NCBI GenBank assembly: GCA_965248695.1
Contig: CBDFKD010000002.1
Coordinates: 512,001 to 576,000 of the forward strand
Source of the DNA: Acidobacteriota bacterium
GTDB lineage: Bacteria; Acidobacteriota; UBA890; WLXD01
Reading direction: 5' to 3'
DNA length: 64,000 nucleotides
Shown here in pieces: positions 1-11,388 of the stretch. The position numbers and the translations under genes are program-made. The first letter of the stretch is position 1; each line of letters starts with the position of its first letter. The notes beneath the pieces are model-generated. The model saw nothing but the letters and a program-made list of their open reading frames with translations, was not told where the DNA came from and ran no database searches.

Positions 1-1
1 A

Positions 2-283
2 GAGCCCACCGGCGGGCAAACGAGCGCCAACGGTCGCTGCGCCTGCCGCCGATGCGGCGCCGGGGTGATGAACCGCAGGCACGACGGGGTGACGGTCGTT
101 TACCCGTCAGCGCTCTACGGCAGCGGCTTCACGCACGAGCCGAGCGTCCATATCCACTACCAGGAGCGCGTGCTCGACGTCCGGGACGGGCTGCCCAAGT
201 TCGCCGACAGCCCGACGGATTTCGGCGGGTCTGGCGAGATGATCGAGGAGCCTCCAGCCACGGGGCCGACCGGCAGTAGCTGA
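2..283 (+). CDS. GFA/CENP-V family protein, 5'-truncated by the window edge
   Basis: Frame 2 reads ...GRCACRRCGAGVMN...HIHYQERVLDVRDGLPKF: CxxCG plus the HI.Y...DGLPKF tail typical of GFA proteins. Confidence 0.7.
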   Translation, partial: EPTGGQTSANGRCACRRCGAGVMNRRHDGVTVVYPSALYGSGFTHEPSVHIHYQERVLDVRDGLPKFADSPTDFGGSGEMIEEPPATGPTGSS

Positions 284-353
284 CACCGAGCGCGCCGGAC
301 AGCACCGTCGGCGGCGATCGATTACCGGAGCGCAGTCCTCGGCCGGTGTCTGG

Positions 354-3137
354 TCAGCCGGCGGCCATCCGTCTGAGCACGGTGTGCAGGATGCCGCCGT
401 TGCGGTAGTAGTCGACCTCGACCGGCGTGTCGATGCGGACCACGGTGTCGAACTCCGTCACTGCACCGTCGACCTTGGTGGTGCGAACGGTGAGCGTCTG
501 CTTCGGCTGCAACTGCTCGGGCAGATCGATGTCGAAGGTCTCGGAGCCGTCGAGGCCGATGCTGTCGGCCGTGTCACCGGGTGTGAAGGTCAACGGCAGC
601 ACGCCCATGCCGAGCAAGTTAGATCGGTGAATGCGCTCGTATGATGTGGCGATCACCGCCTTGACGCCCAGCAGCAGCGTGCCTTTGGCGGCCCAGTCGC
701 GTGACGAGCCCATGCCGTAGTCCTTGCCGGCGAGCACCACCAACGGAACTCCGGCGGCGCTGTAGCTCTCCGAGGCTTCGTAGACCGTCTTCACGGCCCC
801 ATCGGTGAAGTCGGTGGTCAACCCGCCTTCGGTACCGGGGGCGAGCTGGTTGCGCACGCGCACGTTGGCGAACGTGCCGCGCGTCATGACGTTGTGGTTG
901 CCGCGCCGTGATCCGTAGCTATTGAACATCGACCGCTCGACACCGCGACCGCTCAGGTACTCGCCGGCGGGCGTGTCGGGGCCGATGGCGCCGGCCGGCG
1001 AGATGTGGTCGGTGGTCGTCGAATCGCCCATTTTCGCCAGACAACGCGCGCCGCGAATGGACGCGATCGGAGGCGGCTCGGGCGGCATGTCCATGAAGAA
1101 CGTCGGTTCCTGTATATAGGTGCTGTCGTCGGACCACTCGTAGTTGGCGGCATCCGAGGTGGCGATTGCCTTCCACTCGTCGCTGCCTTCGAAGACGTTG
1201 CCGTACTTGTCGAGGAACTGGTCGCGCGACAACGAATCCCCGACGACTGTCTGGATCTCGTCCTCGCTCGGCCAGATCTCGTGCAGGAACACGTCGTTGC
1301 CGTCGGGGTCCTGCCCGAGGGGATCGTTGACCAGGTCGATGTCGACCGTGCCAGCGAGGGCGAACGCCACCACCAGCGGCGGTGAGGCCAGGTAGTTGGC
1401 CTTGATATCGGCGTGGATACGACCCTCGAAGTTGCGGTTGCCGGAGAGCACAGAGGCAACCGTGAGGTCATGGTCGCGCACCGCCGCTCCGATGGCCTCC
1501 GGCAAGGGTCCGGAGTTGCCGATACACGTGGTGCAGCCGAAGCCGACCACGTAGAAGCCCATGGTCTCGAGCTCATCGAGCAAACCGGCCTTCTCCAGGT
1601 AGTCGGTCACCACCTGCGAGCCGGGCGCCAGCGAGGTCTTCACCCATGGCTGTCGTTGCAGGCCGCGGCGCGCCGCGTTGCGCGCCAGCAGCCCGGCGCC
1701 CACCATGACGCTCGGGTTCGACGTATTGGTGCAGCTGGTGATGGCGGCAATGACCACGGCGCCGTCGCGCAGGTGGAACATATCGCCATCGAGATCGACC
1801 TCCACGGAACGCACCAGCCCGGTTGCGACGGCGGCGGCCTCGGCGGAGAGCGCTCCGCCGGCAGCACCCATTCCCGACAAAGCTCCGTCGCCGGACGCCA
1901 CGAGGCCGAGCGACGCCGCGTCGAGCTCCGCGTCATCGCGCGCGAACGTGGTGGCGAGCCCCTCACGCCACCGGACGCCCATGTCGCCGAGCGCGATTCG
2001 ATCCTGCGGTCGCTTGGGACCGGCCAGCGCTGGTTCGACGCTGCCGAGATCCAGCGATAGCCCATCGGAGTAGGTGATCGACCGCTCGTCGTCGCGCCAT
2101 AGACCCTGGGCGCGGTAGTAGGCCTCGACGGTATCGATGAGCTCCTGGGACCGGCCAGTAAGCCACATGTATTCCAGCACCCGTTCATCGACTGGGAAGA
2201 AACCGCAGGTGGCGCCGTATTCGGGGGCCATGTTGGCGATCGTCGCCCGATTGGCCACCGGCATCGCCGCCAGCCCGGGGCCGTAAAACTCGACGAACTT
2301 TCCGACCACGCCCAGCTCGCGCAGCATCTCGGTCACGCGCAGCACCATATCCGTTGCGGTGCTCCCGGCTCTCAATTCCCCTTCGAGACGAAACCCCACC
2401 ACCTCGGGCATCAACATGTAGATCGGCTGCCCGAGCATCACCGCCTCGGCCTCGATACCGCCCACGCCCCAGCCGAGCACGCCGAGGCCATTGATCATCG
2501 TGGTGTGCGAGTCGGTACCTACGAGGCAGTCGGGGTACAGCTGTTCACCGTCGTCCCACACCACCTTAGCGAGGTACTCGAGATTTACCTGGTGCACGAT
2601 GCCGGTGGCCGGCGGCACGACGCGAAAGTTGTCGAAGCCGCTCTGGCCCCACTTGAGGAACTCGTAGCGCTCGCGGTTACGCTCGAACTCTTTCTCGGCG
2701 TTGATCTGCAACGCCATGCCGGAGTTGAACGCGTCGACCTGTACCGAGTGATCGATCACCAGATCGCAAGCCACCAGCGGGTTCACCTTCGACGGGTCGC
2801 CGCCCATGCGCACCATCGCCGAGCGCATGGCGGCCAGATCGACGACCGCGGGGACGCCCGTGAAGTCCTGCAACACCACACGGCCGGGGGTGAAGGGAAT
2901 CTCGACGGCGGCAACGTTGGCGGCGTCGTAGCTTGCGAGCGCCCCCAGGTGCCCAGCGGTTACCACATGGTCGTCGAAGTTGCGCAGACAGGACTCGAGC
3001 AGCACCTTGATCGTGTAGGGCAGCGAATCGATCGCGCCAAGATCGCTCAGCGCGTTCAGGCGAACGATCTGCCGCTCTCCGAGGGCGGTGTCCAGGCTCT
3101 GGCGAGCTTGCCGGACGAGCTCCGTGATCTCATGCAT
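354..3137 (-). CDS. acnA: Aconitate hydratase AcnA
   Basis: [57 protein letters not shown] motifs; start placed at MHEITE. Confidence 0.97.
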   Translation of the reverse strand: MHEITELVRQARQSLDTALGERQIVRLNALSDLGAIDSLPYTIKVLLESCLRNFDDHVVTAGHLGALASYDAANVAAVEIPFTPGRVVLQDFTGVPAVVDLAAMRSAMVRMGGDPSKVNPLVACDLVIDHSVQVDAFNSGMALQINAEKEFERNRERYEFLKWGQSGFDNFRVVPPATGIVHQVNLEYLAKVVWDDGEQLYPDCLVGTDSHTTMINGLGVLGWGVGGIEAEAVMLGQPIYMLMPEVVGFRLEGELRAGSTATDMVLRVTEMLRELGVVGKFVEFYGPGLAAMPVANRATIANMAPEYGATCGFFPVDERVLEYMWLTGRSQELIDTVEAYYRAQGLWRDDERSITYSDGLSLDLGSVEPALAGPKRPQDRIALGDMGVRWREGLATTFARDDAELDAASLGLVASGDGALSGMGAAGGALSAEAAAVATGLVRSVEVDLDGDMFHLRDGAVVIAAITSCTNTSNPSVMVGAGLLARNAARRGLQRQPWVKTSLAPGSQVVTDYLEKAGLLDELETMGFYVVGFGCTTCIGNSGPLPEAIGAAVRDHDLTVASVLSGNRNFEGRIHADIKANYLASPPLVVAFALAGTVDIDLVNDPLGQDPDGNDVFLHEIWPSEDEIQTVVGDSLSRDQFLDKYGNVFEGSDEWKAIATSDAANYEWSDDSTYIQEPTFFMDMPPEPPPIASIRGARCLAKMGDSTTTDHISPAGAIGPDTPAGEYLSGRGVERSMFNSYGSRRGNHNVMTRGTFANVRVRNQLAPGTEGGLTTDFTDGAVKTVYEASESYSAAGVPLVVLAGKDYGMGSSRDWAAKGTLLLGVKAVIATSYERIHRSNLLGMGVLPLTFTPGDTADSIGLDGSETFDIDLPEQLQPKQTLTVRTTKVDGAVTEFDTVVRIDTPVEVDYYRNGGILHTVLRRMAAG

Positions 3138-3262
3138 GCGTCCGATTCTAGCGCAGGCCTTCGGAGGCCACTCCCGAGCATCGGCCGTTTTACAGATCGC
3201 CAGCCTCGCGATACCGTACGGCGCCCCAACAGCCCGAGTAGCCAATCACAAGGAGAGCTTCT

Positions 3263-3649
3263 GTGTCAGAGAACGTGAAGCGACGACCTGACGGAGTAAC
3301 GATCCTCGCGCTCTGGTACCTGGTGTTAGCAGGTGGGGCTGCGTTCGGCGCCTGCGCGATGACTATCCCCATCGGGGTCATGTCGTTCGTCGCCGATATA
3401 CCGGCCGGAACGAGCCGCATCGCGGCGCTGGCGCTCGGCGTCGGCCTCACGGTCACGCTCGTTGTTGGCGCCGTCTGTGCGCTGCTCGCCTGGGGTCTGT
3501 GGACCATGAAGGAGTGGGCCCGGATCGCCGCGCTGGCTCTGGCTATCCTCCACCTGCCGTTCTTCCCGGTCGGCGCCGCCATCGGTGTCGCAACGCTGTG
3601 GTACGTCGGCACGCACCCGGAGGCCCAGGAGGCGTTTGGCAGCCCTTGA
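3263..3649 (+). CDS. Small membrane protein (3-4 TM)
   Basis: AAGGAG RBS, RPDGVTILA start, hydrophobic helices, WGLW.MKEWAR pattern. Confidence 0.7.
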   Translation: MSENVKRRPDGVTILALWYLVLAGGAAFGACAMTIPIGVMSFVADIPAGTSRIAALALGVGLTVTLVVGAVCALLAWGLWTMKEWARIAALALAILHLPFFPVGAAIGVATLWYVGTHPEAQEAFGSP

Positions 3650-3696
3650 TCGTATGCCTCACGCTGCGTCGAGTTTGCGCGCGCACCTCAGAGGCT

Positions 3697-4609
3697 CTAC
3701 CAGCTGACGTATTTGTACATCAGGCGGATGAGCTGGTAGGCCTCGCCCATGGTGCGCGCCTCGTATTCCACCGTCGTGCCGTCAACCCGGCTCATGCCGG
3801 GAATCGCCTGCAGGATATCGGCGCGTGTGGTCGTCGCCGACCGCATGCGCAACACGACCGGCTCCGACACCGATAAGGTCGTGGCGCCGGGAAGATCGGC
3901 GAGCGCCGCCAGCGTCGCTTCGCGTAGAGCGGCGAGCACCACCGCCGGGTGCAGGAGCTTGGCGACCGAGGATCCGATGGCTTTCTTTGGTGGCCACGGT
4001 GCGCGTATTGACCAAGGCGCTGAACTGCTCCGTGAACGTCCGGTCGCCGGCAGCAACGATCACCGGCACCCCCTGGGCCGCAGCGAAGTGCGCGTTGAGC
4101 CCGCCCTCGCCCACCTCTGTTCCGTTCAACCACAGGCCCTTCACCGAACCGGATCCGGTGTGGGCCAGGAAACCGTCCGGGGTCCCGGCGCGGGCGTGAT
4201 AGCCCAGGAAGATAGCCGCATCGAACGAGCTGTCGAGGCCCTGCACCATTCCCAGTGGCTTGATGTTCCCCTGGATGTACTCGACCCGCTCGTCGAGCTC
4301 GGTGTGCAGGAGGTTCTGCATATCGCCGTGGGAGTCGTTCACCAGGACCTCTGCCGGCCCGTGCGCGAAAATCGCCTCGACCACCGTGTTGACCTCGGCC
4401 GTCATGAGCTCGCGACCGCGGGCGTAGTCCTTGCCGGCTCCGGAGGTCATCTTGCCCGTGCCGATGCCGCCGATTCCCTCCATATCCACAGAGATGAAGA
4501 TCCGCAGCGCCTCGTCCTGGGCGCCGACCGCGGTGCCTGCAACGCCGGCAACGGTCGCCCCGAGGGCCATGACGACAACCAACAAATGCGGCCCGACACG
4601 TCGAATCAT
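3697..4609 (-). CDS. dppA: Secreted M55 D-aminopeptidase (DppA-like), frameshifted near 3980
   Basis: Signal peptide, IFISVDMEG, NDSHG, GYHARAG, LAHT; C-terminus continues in ORF 3697..4056 (KAIGSSVAKLLHP). Confidence 0.85.
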
Positions 4610-4650
4610 GGCGCCGACTGTAGCAGTTCTAAGGTCAGCTGCCAGGCCGT

Positions 4651-6339
4651 CTACGCTCGCGCCGCGGTCCACGCCACGGCGGGCAACTTCCTCCAGGAAG
4701 GCTGCGCTTCGAACTCGGTCCATAGGCGGCCGAAGCTGTGCAGGGTGCGGTGACCGGGAAGCCACGGCGGAATGGGCCATTGCTTGAACGGTGCTCGTGC
4801 CACCGATTTCTGCGGACGATCGAACATCAGGGCGTTACCGACGGTACCGATCCCGGATCGCACGTCGCTCAGGGTGTTGCCGGGAAATGCTCCCCACGAG
4901 GTCGACGACAGGCCGAACAGCACCGACGACCAAGTGTTGATCGCGACGCCGCCGTAGCGCAGATCCGCAACTGCCTGATCGAGGTGTGTCGCAAGATCCC
5001 TCTCGGTACGCGGGTCGATGAGCAGGTTGCACGAGAGGTTGCCCCAGATCTCGTCGTTGGCGACGCGGGTGGCTTGCGCCAGGAAATCACCGGCATCGGC
5101 TGCCGGTACGGGAACCTCCGCGAGAACGCCACAGAACGCCTCGTTGCCGAGGGCGTACTCCTCGCGCCGCGGCGCCAGATCTAGGATCAACGTCCATGGC
5201 AACGTGTCGTCCGCCGCCGCTTCGCCCAGCCTCTGCGCTCCGGCGTACGCGACGCAAAACCGCCGATGGCGATCCGCCGCACCGGGATAGTAGGCGCGCC
5301 GCTGAGGCGTGGCAGCAAGAATCTCGCGCAGTCGATCGACGAAGCGCTCGCGCAGCCCCCATTGCGCCTGCACCAAAAGTGCCTTCGCAGCGGTGCAGTT
5401 GAAGCTGGCGTTGTGCGTAACCATGCCGGCGACGCTGCGAGCCTGAAACTCGAGCTCCGCGTCGGTCCATTCGCCCGGCACCACGATAACCGGGCTGACA
5501 CAGCCGAGCTCAGAGGTGATGTGCTTGTCGATAACCGGCGCTCCCGTGTCCTTGCGTCGGCGACGCTCGTCCTCACTGGAACCCCACACGATAGCGTCGT
5601 GGGTATGGTGCGAGCCGGTGAGGTGAATCGAGGTCACGGCCTCGTGGCGGCACAGATAGGCGCCTACGTCGGCACCACCGTAGACGATCCGCAGGAAACC
5701 GGCCTCGACCAGCGCCGCGAAGGCCCTCTCGAAGACCGGCCCGAGGTAGGCGTTCACCGGGTGCATCTTGAGCACCACGACCTCGTCCTCAACGCATAGC
5801 TTGTGCACCAGATCGCGCGGGGCTATCGCCGAGATATTCCCGGCCCCGAGCACCAGCGCGACGCCTCCCCCGAAGGCTCGATCCTTCTGCTTGTCGCGAT
5901 AGAGCCGCCCGCGCCGCGGCTCCGCGCCCGGCTCGATCCGCACCTCGGCAGTGATCCCCGCCAGCACGAGCTTCTCCAGCGGCCCGTCCGGAGTCACCTC
6001 GACGATGACCTGGCCGGCACGCTCGCGCGTCGCGACGGGTGCCCGCCAGTCGTCGGCGTGCAGCGTCGCGGCGGTGACGCGAAGACAACGGATGGTGGTC
6101 ATCGGGCCGCTCAGCCAAGCTTCACCCGCAAGCGGCGACTTGGGATCGATGCCCTTCGCGGCGCATACCCGGCTGACCCACTCCGGCGCCGCACGGCGGA
6201 CGCCCGCCAGACACGTCCTCAGCAGCGCCGCCCGCTCGCGAGCATCGACTCGTATCCAGGCGCCGCGCCGCTGGCGAAGGCGCTCCAGCGCCGCGTCGAG
6301 ATCAGCGGTCGGTGTCGCCGCCACGGACGTCGTGGTCAC
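4651..6339 (-). CDS. Aldehyde dehydrogenase family protein
   Basis: LGAGN, LTGS, SELGCVSP, NASFNC (catalytic Cys), EAFCG. Confidence 0.9.
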   Translation of the reverse strand: MTTTSVAATPTADLDAALERLRQRRGAWIRVDARERAALLRTCLAGVRRAAPEWVSRVCAAKGIDPKSPLAGEAWLSGPMTTIRCLRVTAATLHADDWRAPVATRERAGQVIVEVTPDGPLEKLVLAGITAEVRIEPGAEPRRGRLYRDKQKDRAFGGGVALVLGAGNISAIAPRDLVHKLCVEDEVVVLKMHPVNAYLGPVFERAFAALVEAGFLRIVYGGADVGAYLCRHEAVTSIHLTGSHHTHDAIVWGSSEDERRRRKDTGAPVIDKHITSELGCVSPVIVVPGEWTDAELEFQARSVAGMVTHNASFNCTAAKALLVQAQWGLRERFVDRLREILAATPQRRAYYPGAADRHRRFCVAYAGAQRLGEAAADDTLPWTLILDLAPRREEYALGNEAFCGVLAEVPVPAADAGDFLAQATRVANDEIWGNLSCNLLIDPRTERDLATHLDQAVADLRYGGVAINTWSSVLFGLSSTSWGAFPGNTLSDVRSGIGTVGNALMFDRPQKSVARAPFKQWPIPPWLPGHRTLHSFGRLWTEFEAQPSWRKLPAVAWTAARA

Positions 6340-6343
6340 CGCG

Positions 6344-7777
6344 CTAGCGCACGCGCTCGAACCACAGATCGACGACGCGTCCAGCGTCGAGCTCGAAGCC
6401 GCTCACCCGCCCGGCCGAGTCGCGCTCGAATCGGAACAGTACCGGCCATTCCTCCGCGCGCATGTGGTCCGGCCCCTCCGACGCCAGACGATCGCGACGA
6501 CGCAGAGAGATCTCCCAGAACAGCTCGCCATCCTGGATCTCCAGCATATAGGTGACGCGTAACTCCGGGCTCACGTAACGGCCTTCGAAATCCCTCAGCT
6601 CGGCAACCGACAGCGCGAACTCCTGCGGCGCCCCTACCGCATCCTCGACCGCCGCCACCGACGGGCGCGGCCCGAGCTCGTCGGCAAGATAGATGTCGGC
6701 GACACGACGCCCGAGCTCGGAGGGGTTGGCGGTCGAGACATTGCACAAGACGGTCACGCCGAAACGCTGCTCCGGGAACCGCAGCAAGTCGGCCCGGAAA
6801 CCGACGAAGGCGCCGCCGTGACTCACCAGACGCTGACCACGATAGGTCGTAACCGCAATCCCGGCCGAGTACTCGATCGGCTCGCCGCTGTCGAGCGTGC
6901 CGGGCTGTAGCCAGCGTCGGACAAGCTCCGGAGATCCGCCTCCTAGACGGTTGTCGTAGAAGTTGCGGTCCCAGGGGAGCGACTCGTTGACGGTCGTGAA
7001 GAGGCCTCCGTCGCCGACGATGGGTAGCGTCGTCATGCTGACGTCGAATCCACCGTCGCCGGGGGAATAGCCGTAGGCGCGGTTGGGCACCAAGCGAGTG
7101 TGCTCATCGTGCAAGTGCGTCCGACCCATCCCGAGCGGTGCGAAGATCCGTTCCTTGGCCACAGCGGCCAGGCTCTGCCCGGTGACCCGCTCGACCACCT
7201 CACCGAGCAGGAAGTACCCTGAGTTCGAGTACAGGTGCTCGGCCCCCGGACGGAAGTTGAGGTCGCGCTGACGCGACAACATGGCCAGCAGATCGTCGGC
7301 CGAGTAGTAGTCGGCTTCGCGGTACCCGGCCAGTGCCATCAGGGTCAGGTAGTCGCGGATACCGCTGGTGTGGTGGATCAGCTGCCGGACGGTGATGCGG
7401 TCGCCGAAGTCACGCAGCTCCGGTACCCAGCGGCGGACAGGATCATCGAGCGACAGCCGCCCTTCCTCGGCCAGCAACAGGATGACCATAGCGGTGAACT
7501 GTTTGCTGACCGAGCCGGTCCGGAACACCGTGTCGGCGGTGATCGGAACCGAGTGCTCGAGGCTCGCCATGCCGTATCCACGCCGATAGATGAACTCGCC
7601 GTCACGGATCACGCCGAGGGCGCACCCCGGTGTTTGGTCGCCGTAGGCGGCAAACACCGCGTCGACCTCGGGCATCGCCCCCGCCAGCGGCGCATCGACC
7701 GGGTTGCTGCAGCCAGCGATCCACATGAGCAACACGGCGCTCGGCGCCAGGCGTCGCCAGGCGATGCGATGCATCAT
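6344..7777 (-). CDS. Serine hydrolase, beta-lactamase/AmpC family lipoprotein
   Basis: IAGC lipobox, SVSK (SxxK), YSN, HGG motifs. Confidence 0.9.
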   Translation of the reverse strand: MMHRIAWRRLAPSAVLLMWIAGCSNPVDAPLAGAMPEVDAVFAAYGDQTPGCALGVIRDGEFIYRRGYGMASLEHSVPITADTVFRTGSVSKQFTAMVILLLAEEGRLSLDDPVRRWVPELRDFGDRITVRQLIHHTSGIRDYLTLMALAGYREADYYSADDLLAMLSRQRDLNFRPGAEHLYSNSGYFLLGEVVERVTGQSLAAVAKERIFAPLGMGRTHLHDEHTRLVPNRAYGYSPGDGGFDVSMTTLPIVGDGGLFTTVNESLPWDRNFYDNRLGGGSPELVRRWLQPGTLDSGEPIEYSAGIAVTTYRGQRLVSHGGAFVGFRADLLRFPEQRFGVTVLCNVSTANPSELGRRVADIYLADELGPRPSVAAVEDAVGAPQEFALSVAELRDFEGRYVSPELRVTYMLEIQDGELFWEISLRRRDRLASEGPDHMRAEEWPVLFRFERDSAGRVSGFELDAGRVVDLWFERVR

Positions 7778-7802
7778 TCGCGCTCCAGCCGAAGACGCCG
7801 GT

Positions 7803-8747
7803 CTAGCGCCGCCGGGCGCGCAGATCTCGGCGCAACTCGGCTGGCTGCGGCAGGATTCCTCTCCACACCTCGACCGTTTCGCCATCGCGCAAGTACACCA
7901 GCTGTGGCACCGACCCCTCGCCGGTGACGCGGACGAAGGTCTGCGGAGGGAGCACCTGGACAGGCATCTGCAGATCGTAGCGCTCACGATAGCTGTTCAC
8001 GTCGGTACCAGAGGTCTCGTAGGTGAGCCCGACGACCGGCGGCAGCACGGCGTCCTTGGTGTAGTCCGACACGCGCGGGCTCATCGCGGCGCAGTGCGGG
8101 CATTCATGGTGGAACAGATACAGCAGGTGCTCGCCACGCTCGAGGTCGACCTCCCGCATGTCCATGGTTCTGCCGAGCGCTGCCGCCGACGCGCCACTCG
8201 GACCGCTGGTGTAGCCGAGGACGCTCATACCCAGCGCTGCCACGGTGGTAATCCCGAGCGCCGCGGCGCGCCAGTCGGCGCGAGTGCGGGCCACCGGAGT
8301 CCAGAAACACACGCCCACGGCGATGGCCATGAACGCGAGGTCCATCAGGAAGGCGTCGCGCGGCTCGCGCTCCATCATCGGTCCGAAACAGCCGCACTCA
8401 TCGAGTGTACCGGCGGCCCAGCCGTAGCCGATGGCCACGAGGAACACGGCCATCAGCGCCGCGGCCACGGTGGCAGCCAACCGCACGCGCCAGCGCACCA
8501 GCAGCATCACCGCAACACCGATCTCGACCGCCGGCAGCAGCAAAGCCACCGGTGTCCGCATCCAACCAGGCACGCCGTAGCCACCGAGCGAGCCCAGGAA
8601 GCTCCACGGGTCGAGCACTTTGGCCACCCCCGCGATCAGGAACATCAGGCCGAGAATCACCGGCCCGAACGATCGGATCATGCCCGACAGCCCCGCTCCG
8701 GAAGCCAATTCCTTCTTAGATGGCATGGCAGCTTTCTTCGATGGCAT
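7803..8747 (-). CDS. MauE/DoxX membrane domain fused to a thioredoxin-like domain
   Basis: AGVAKV, CGCFG (MauE motif); C-terminal HHECPHC and cis-Pro SVPQ. Confidence 0.8.
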   Translation of the reverse strand: MPSKKAAMPSKKELASGAGLSGMIRSFGPVILGLMFLIAGVAKVLDPWSFLGSLGGYGVPGWMRTPVALLLPAVEIGVAVMLLVRWRVRLAATVAAALMAVFLVAIGYGWAAGTLDECGCFGPMMEREPRDAFLMDLAFMAIAVGVCFWTPVARTRADWRAAALGITTVAALGMSVLGYTSGPSGASAAALGRTMDMREVDLERGEHLLYLFHHECPHCAAMSPRVSDYTKDAVLPPVVGLTYETSGTDVNSYRERYDLQMPVQVLPPQTFVRVTGEGSVPQLVYLRDGETVEVWRGILPQPAELRRDLRARRR

Positions 8748-8762
8748 CGCAGCGCTCCCCGG

Positions 8763-10619
8763 TTACCAGGCGATTCCGTAGTCTTCGCCGTGATGGCTCG
8801 AACCGCCCCAGAAGGTGCCGTGCTCCCAGTCGACGAACAGCGCGTTGATCGGCCCCGAGGTGCGCTCGCGATCGACCAGTGAGTAACCCATGCTGCGGAG
8901 CTCCTCGCGTACCCACGGCGGTGTGGCCGACTGGATCAGCAGACGACCCGGGCTCGACTCGTGTTCGGCGAACGACCCTTGCATCTGGTAGCTGTTGATA
9001 TTGGGCGCCTCGACCGCCTGCTGCACATCCATCCCCCACTCCACGAAGTTGAGGAAGAACTGCAGCAGGTTCTGATCCTGGCCATCGCCACCCTGAACCG
9101 CGAACGACAGGTAGGGACGGCCATCCTTGAGCGCCATCCCGGGAGTCAAAGTAGCGCGCGGACGCTTCCCCGGCTCGACCACGTTGTAGGGGTTCTGTGC
9201 CGCATCCAACACAAAGCTCTGCATACGCTGGCTCATGCCGATGCCGGTTCGACCGGCGATAACCGCCGGAATCCACCCGCCGCTGGGTGTGATCGAAACC
9301 ACCCAACCGTCGGCATCGATCGCCTGGATGGACGTCGTGCCGGCGTAGAAGTCCTCGTCGAACTCGGCCAGAGCCGCCGAGCTCGCATCCGGAGCAACGG
9401 TGGAACCTCCCCAGTTCTCGAGGTAGCGCAGAAAGGGGTTCTCGCCGCCCTGGAACGGATAGGGATCGCCCGGCCGAACCGACTCGTCGTTGCGCTCCCA
9501 GTTGATCTCGGCGACGCGCTCGGCGGCGTACTCCTTCGACAGCAGTCCCTCGATCGGTTCCGCGGGCGGGAAGTAGGGATCGCCGTAGTAGAAATCGCGA
9601 TCGGCGAAGGCCATGTTCATGACCTGATAGAGAGTGTGCATGTAGCGCGCGCTGTTGAAGCCCATGCCCTTGAGATCGAGGTTCTCGAGCATGTTGAGGG
9701 CTTGCAGCATGACCGGTCCCTGCACCCAAGTGGTGAGCTTGTAGACCTGGATACCCTTGTAATCGACTGACACCGGCTCCTCGAGATAGACCTCCCAGTT
9801 GGCGAGATCCTCGAGGGTGTGCAGGCCTCCCTGCTCCTGCGAGCCACGCACGAACTCGGCCGCAATATCGCCGCGATAGAAACGGTCGTAGGCCGACTGA
9901 ATGGCCTCTTCACGCGAGGCTCCGCCGATCAGCGCTTCAGCTTCGGCGTCGACCATCTTGCGCAGCGTCGCCGCCAGGTCCTTCTGCCGGAAGATCTCGC
10001 CCGGGTACGGGGCAGCGCGATCACCGTCGCCCAGGTGTGGCAGGAACACCTCTTTGGAGTACGGCCACTGCTGGAGTCGCTCCCGCTCGCGCTCGATCGA
10101 GTTCGCCGACTGCTCCTCGATCGGATAGCCGTCGGCCATCTCGATCGCCGGCGCCAGGACCTGCGCCAGGCTCATGGTGCCAAATTTCTCCAGCATCACC
10201 AGCAAGCCGCCGGGCGTGCCCGGCGTGACCGCGGCGTGCGGACCGTACTCGGGTGGGTAGCCCAATCCCATGTTCTTGAAGAACTCGGGAGTGGCCCCGG
10301 TCGGCGCGACCCCCAGCGCGTTGACGCCGACGACCTTCCTTTCGTTCGGGTCGTAGATCAGCGCCTGCGTCTCACCGCCCCAGCCGAGCACGTCCCACAT
10401 GGTCGACGTGGCCGCCAACATGGCGCACGCGGCGTCGACTGCGTTGCCGCCCTGCTGGAAGATCATGGCGCCGGCGGTGGCCGCCAGCGGCTTACCGGTG
10501 ATCGCCACCCAGTGGCGGCCGTGCAACACCGGCTTGGCGGTGCGTTGAGCCAGCCCGGGGCTGGCGAGCGTCATGGAAGCGACGAGGGCGACGGCCAGGG
10601 CGATACGCGAGTTTCGCAT
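8763..10619 (-). CDS. ggt: Gamma-glutamyltransferase family protein
   Basis: GGNAVDAA, catalytic TTS, PGKRPRATLTP, QGGD; signal peptide. Confidence 0.93.
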   Translation of the reverse strand: MRNSRIALAVALVASMTLASPGLAQRTAKPVLHGRHWVAITGKPLAATAGAMIFQQGGNAVDAACAMLAATSTMWDVLGWGGETQALIYDPNERKVVGVNALGVAPTGATPEFFKNMGLGYPPEYGPHAAVTPGTPGGLLVMLEKFGTMSLAQVLAPAIEMADGYPIEEQSANSIERERERLQQWPYSKEVFLPHLGDGDRAAPYPGEIFRQKDLAATLRKMVDAEAEALIGGASREEAIQSAYDRFYRGDIAAEFVRGSQEQGGLHTLEDLANWEVYLEEPVSVDYKGIQVYKLTTWVQGPVMLQALNMLENLDLKGMGFNSARYMHTLYQVMNMAFADRDFYYGDPYFPPAEPIEGLLSKEYAAERVAEINWERNDESVRPGDPYPFQGGENPFLRYLENWGGSTVAPDASSAALAEFDEDFYAGTTSIQAIDADGWVVSITPSGGWIPAVIAGRTGIGMSQRMQSFVLDAAQNPYNVVEPGKRPRATLTPGMALKDGRPYLSFAVQGGDGQDQNLLQFFLNFVEWGMDVQQAVEAPNINSYQMQGSFAEHESSPGRLLIQSATPPWVREELRSMGYSLVDRERTSGPINALFVDWEHGTFWGGSSHHGEDYGIAW

Positions 10620-10744
10620 GGTAGCTCTTGTCCTGTGTCTGTTGGGCGTGATGAGGAGCCTACCGCCCCGCATCCGGCGGCGTCGAGGGGATCCCTGGCG
10701 AGCGTTGCGGGGGGCTGACAGCGGCTCGAGGCGCGGTCGCCAGA

Positions 10745-11284
10745 TCAAGGATCGATTTCCACCACCATCTCGATCTCGACAGGGATGCCGCGCGGCAGCG
10801 TCGCCATGCCCACCGCGGCGCGGGCGTGGCGGCCCCGGTCGCCGAAGATCTCGACCAGAAGATCCGAGGCGCCGTTGATTACCTCGGGCTGCTGTCCGAA
10901 TCCATCCACCGCTTTGACCATGCCAAACACCCGCACGATGCGCCGAACGCGTCCGAGATCGCCGATCTCCTTCTTCAGTGACGTCAGCAGTCCGATGGCC
11001 GTAAGACGTGCAGCGGCGTATCCCTCTTCGATCGTGAGATCGGCACCCACGGTACCCGTCAGGAACGACCCGTCGGCTTGGGTGGGGCCGTGCCCGGCGA
11101 GGAAAACCAGGTTCCCCGTGGTCACCGCATGCACGTAGTTGGCCACCGGCGGCTCCGGATCGCCTAGCTCGATCCCGAGCGCCCGCAGACGAGCCTCGGG
11201 ATCGTAGCCGTCCTGACCCGGCGCCGGCTGCACCAGCACGGTAACCGCAAGAACGAGCGTTGCCACACCAGTGAGTTTGATCAT
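10745..11284 (-). CDS. RidA family protein with signal peptide
   Basis: PPVANY, INGASDLL, GRHARAAVG, LP.GIPVEIE. Confidence 0.9.
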   Translation of the reverse strand: MIKLTGVATLVLAVTVLVQPAPGQDGYDPEARLRALGIELGDPEPPVANYVHAVTTGNLVFLAGHGPTQADGSFLTGTVGADLTIEEGYAAARLTAIGLLTSLKKEIGDLGRVRRIVRVFGMVKAVDGFGQQPEVINGASDLLVEIFGDRGRHARAAVGMATLPRGIPVEIEMVVEIDP

Positions 11285-11295
11285 CGTTTCACCCT

Positions 11296-11333
11296 GATCC
11301 TGCGAGAGGGACGCGATCCTGCGAGGGGAACGC
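11296..11333. repeat. Imperfect 19-bp tandem duplication upstream of the RidA gene
   Basis: gatcctgcgagagggacgc / gatcctgcgaggggaacgc. Confidence 0.7.
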
Positions 11334-11388
11334 GGATGACATCCACGTGATTAGGCCAGTTGCGGGTGCCCCCGTCCAGCAACGCTGG

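Noticed and set aside
8708-8750. 21-bp duplication encoding MPSKKAAMPSKK at the MauE gene start
   Set aside because: Single local duplication; gives an alternative start but no evidence of function
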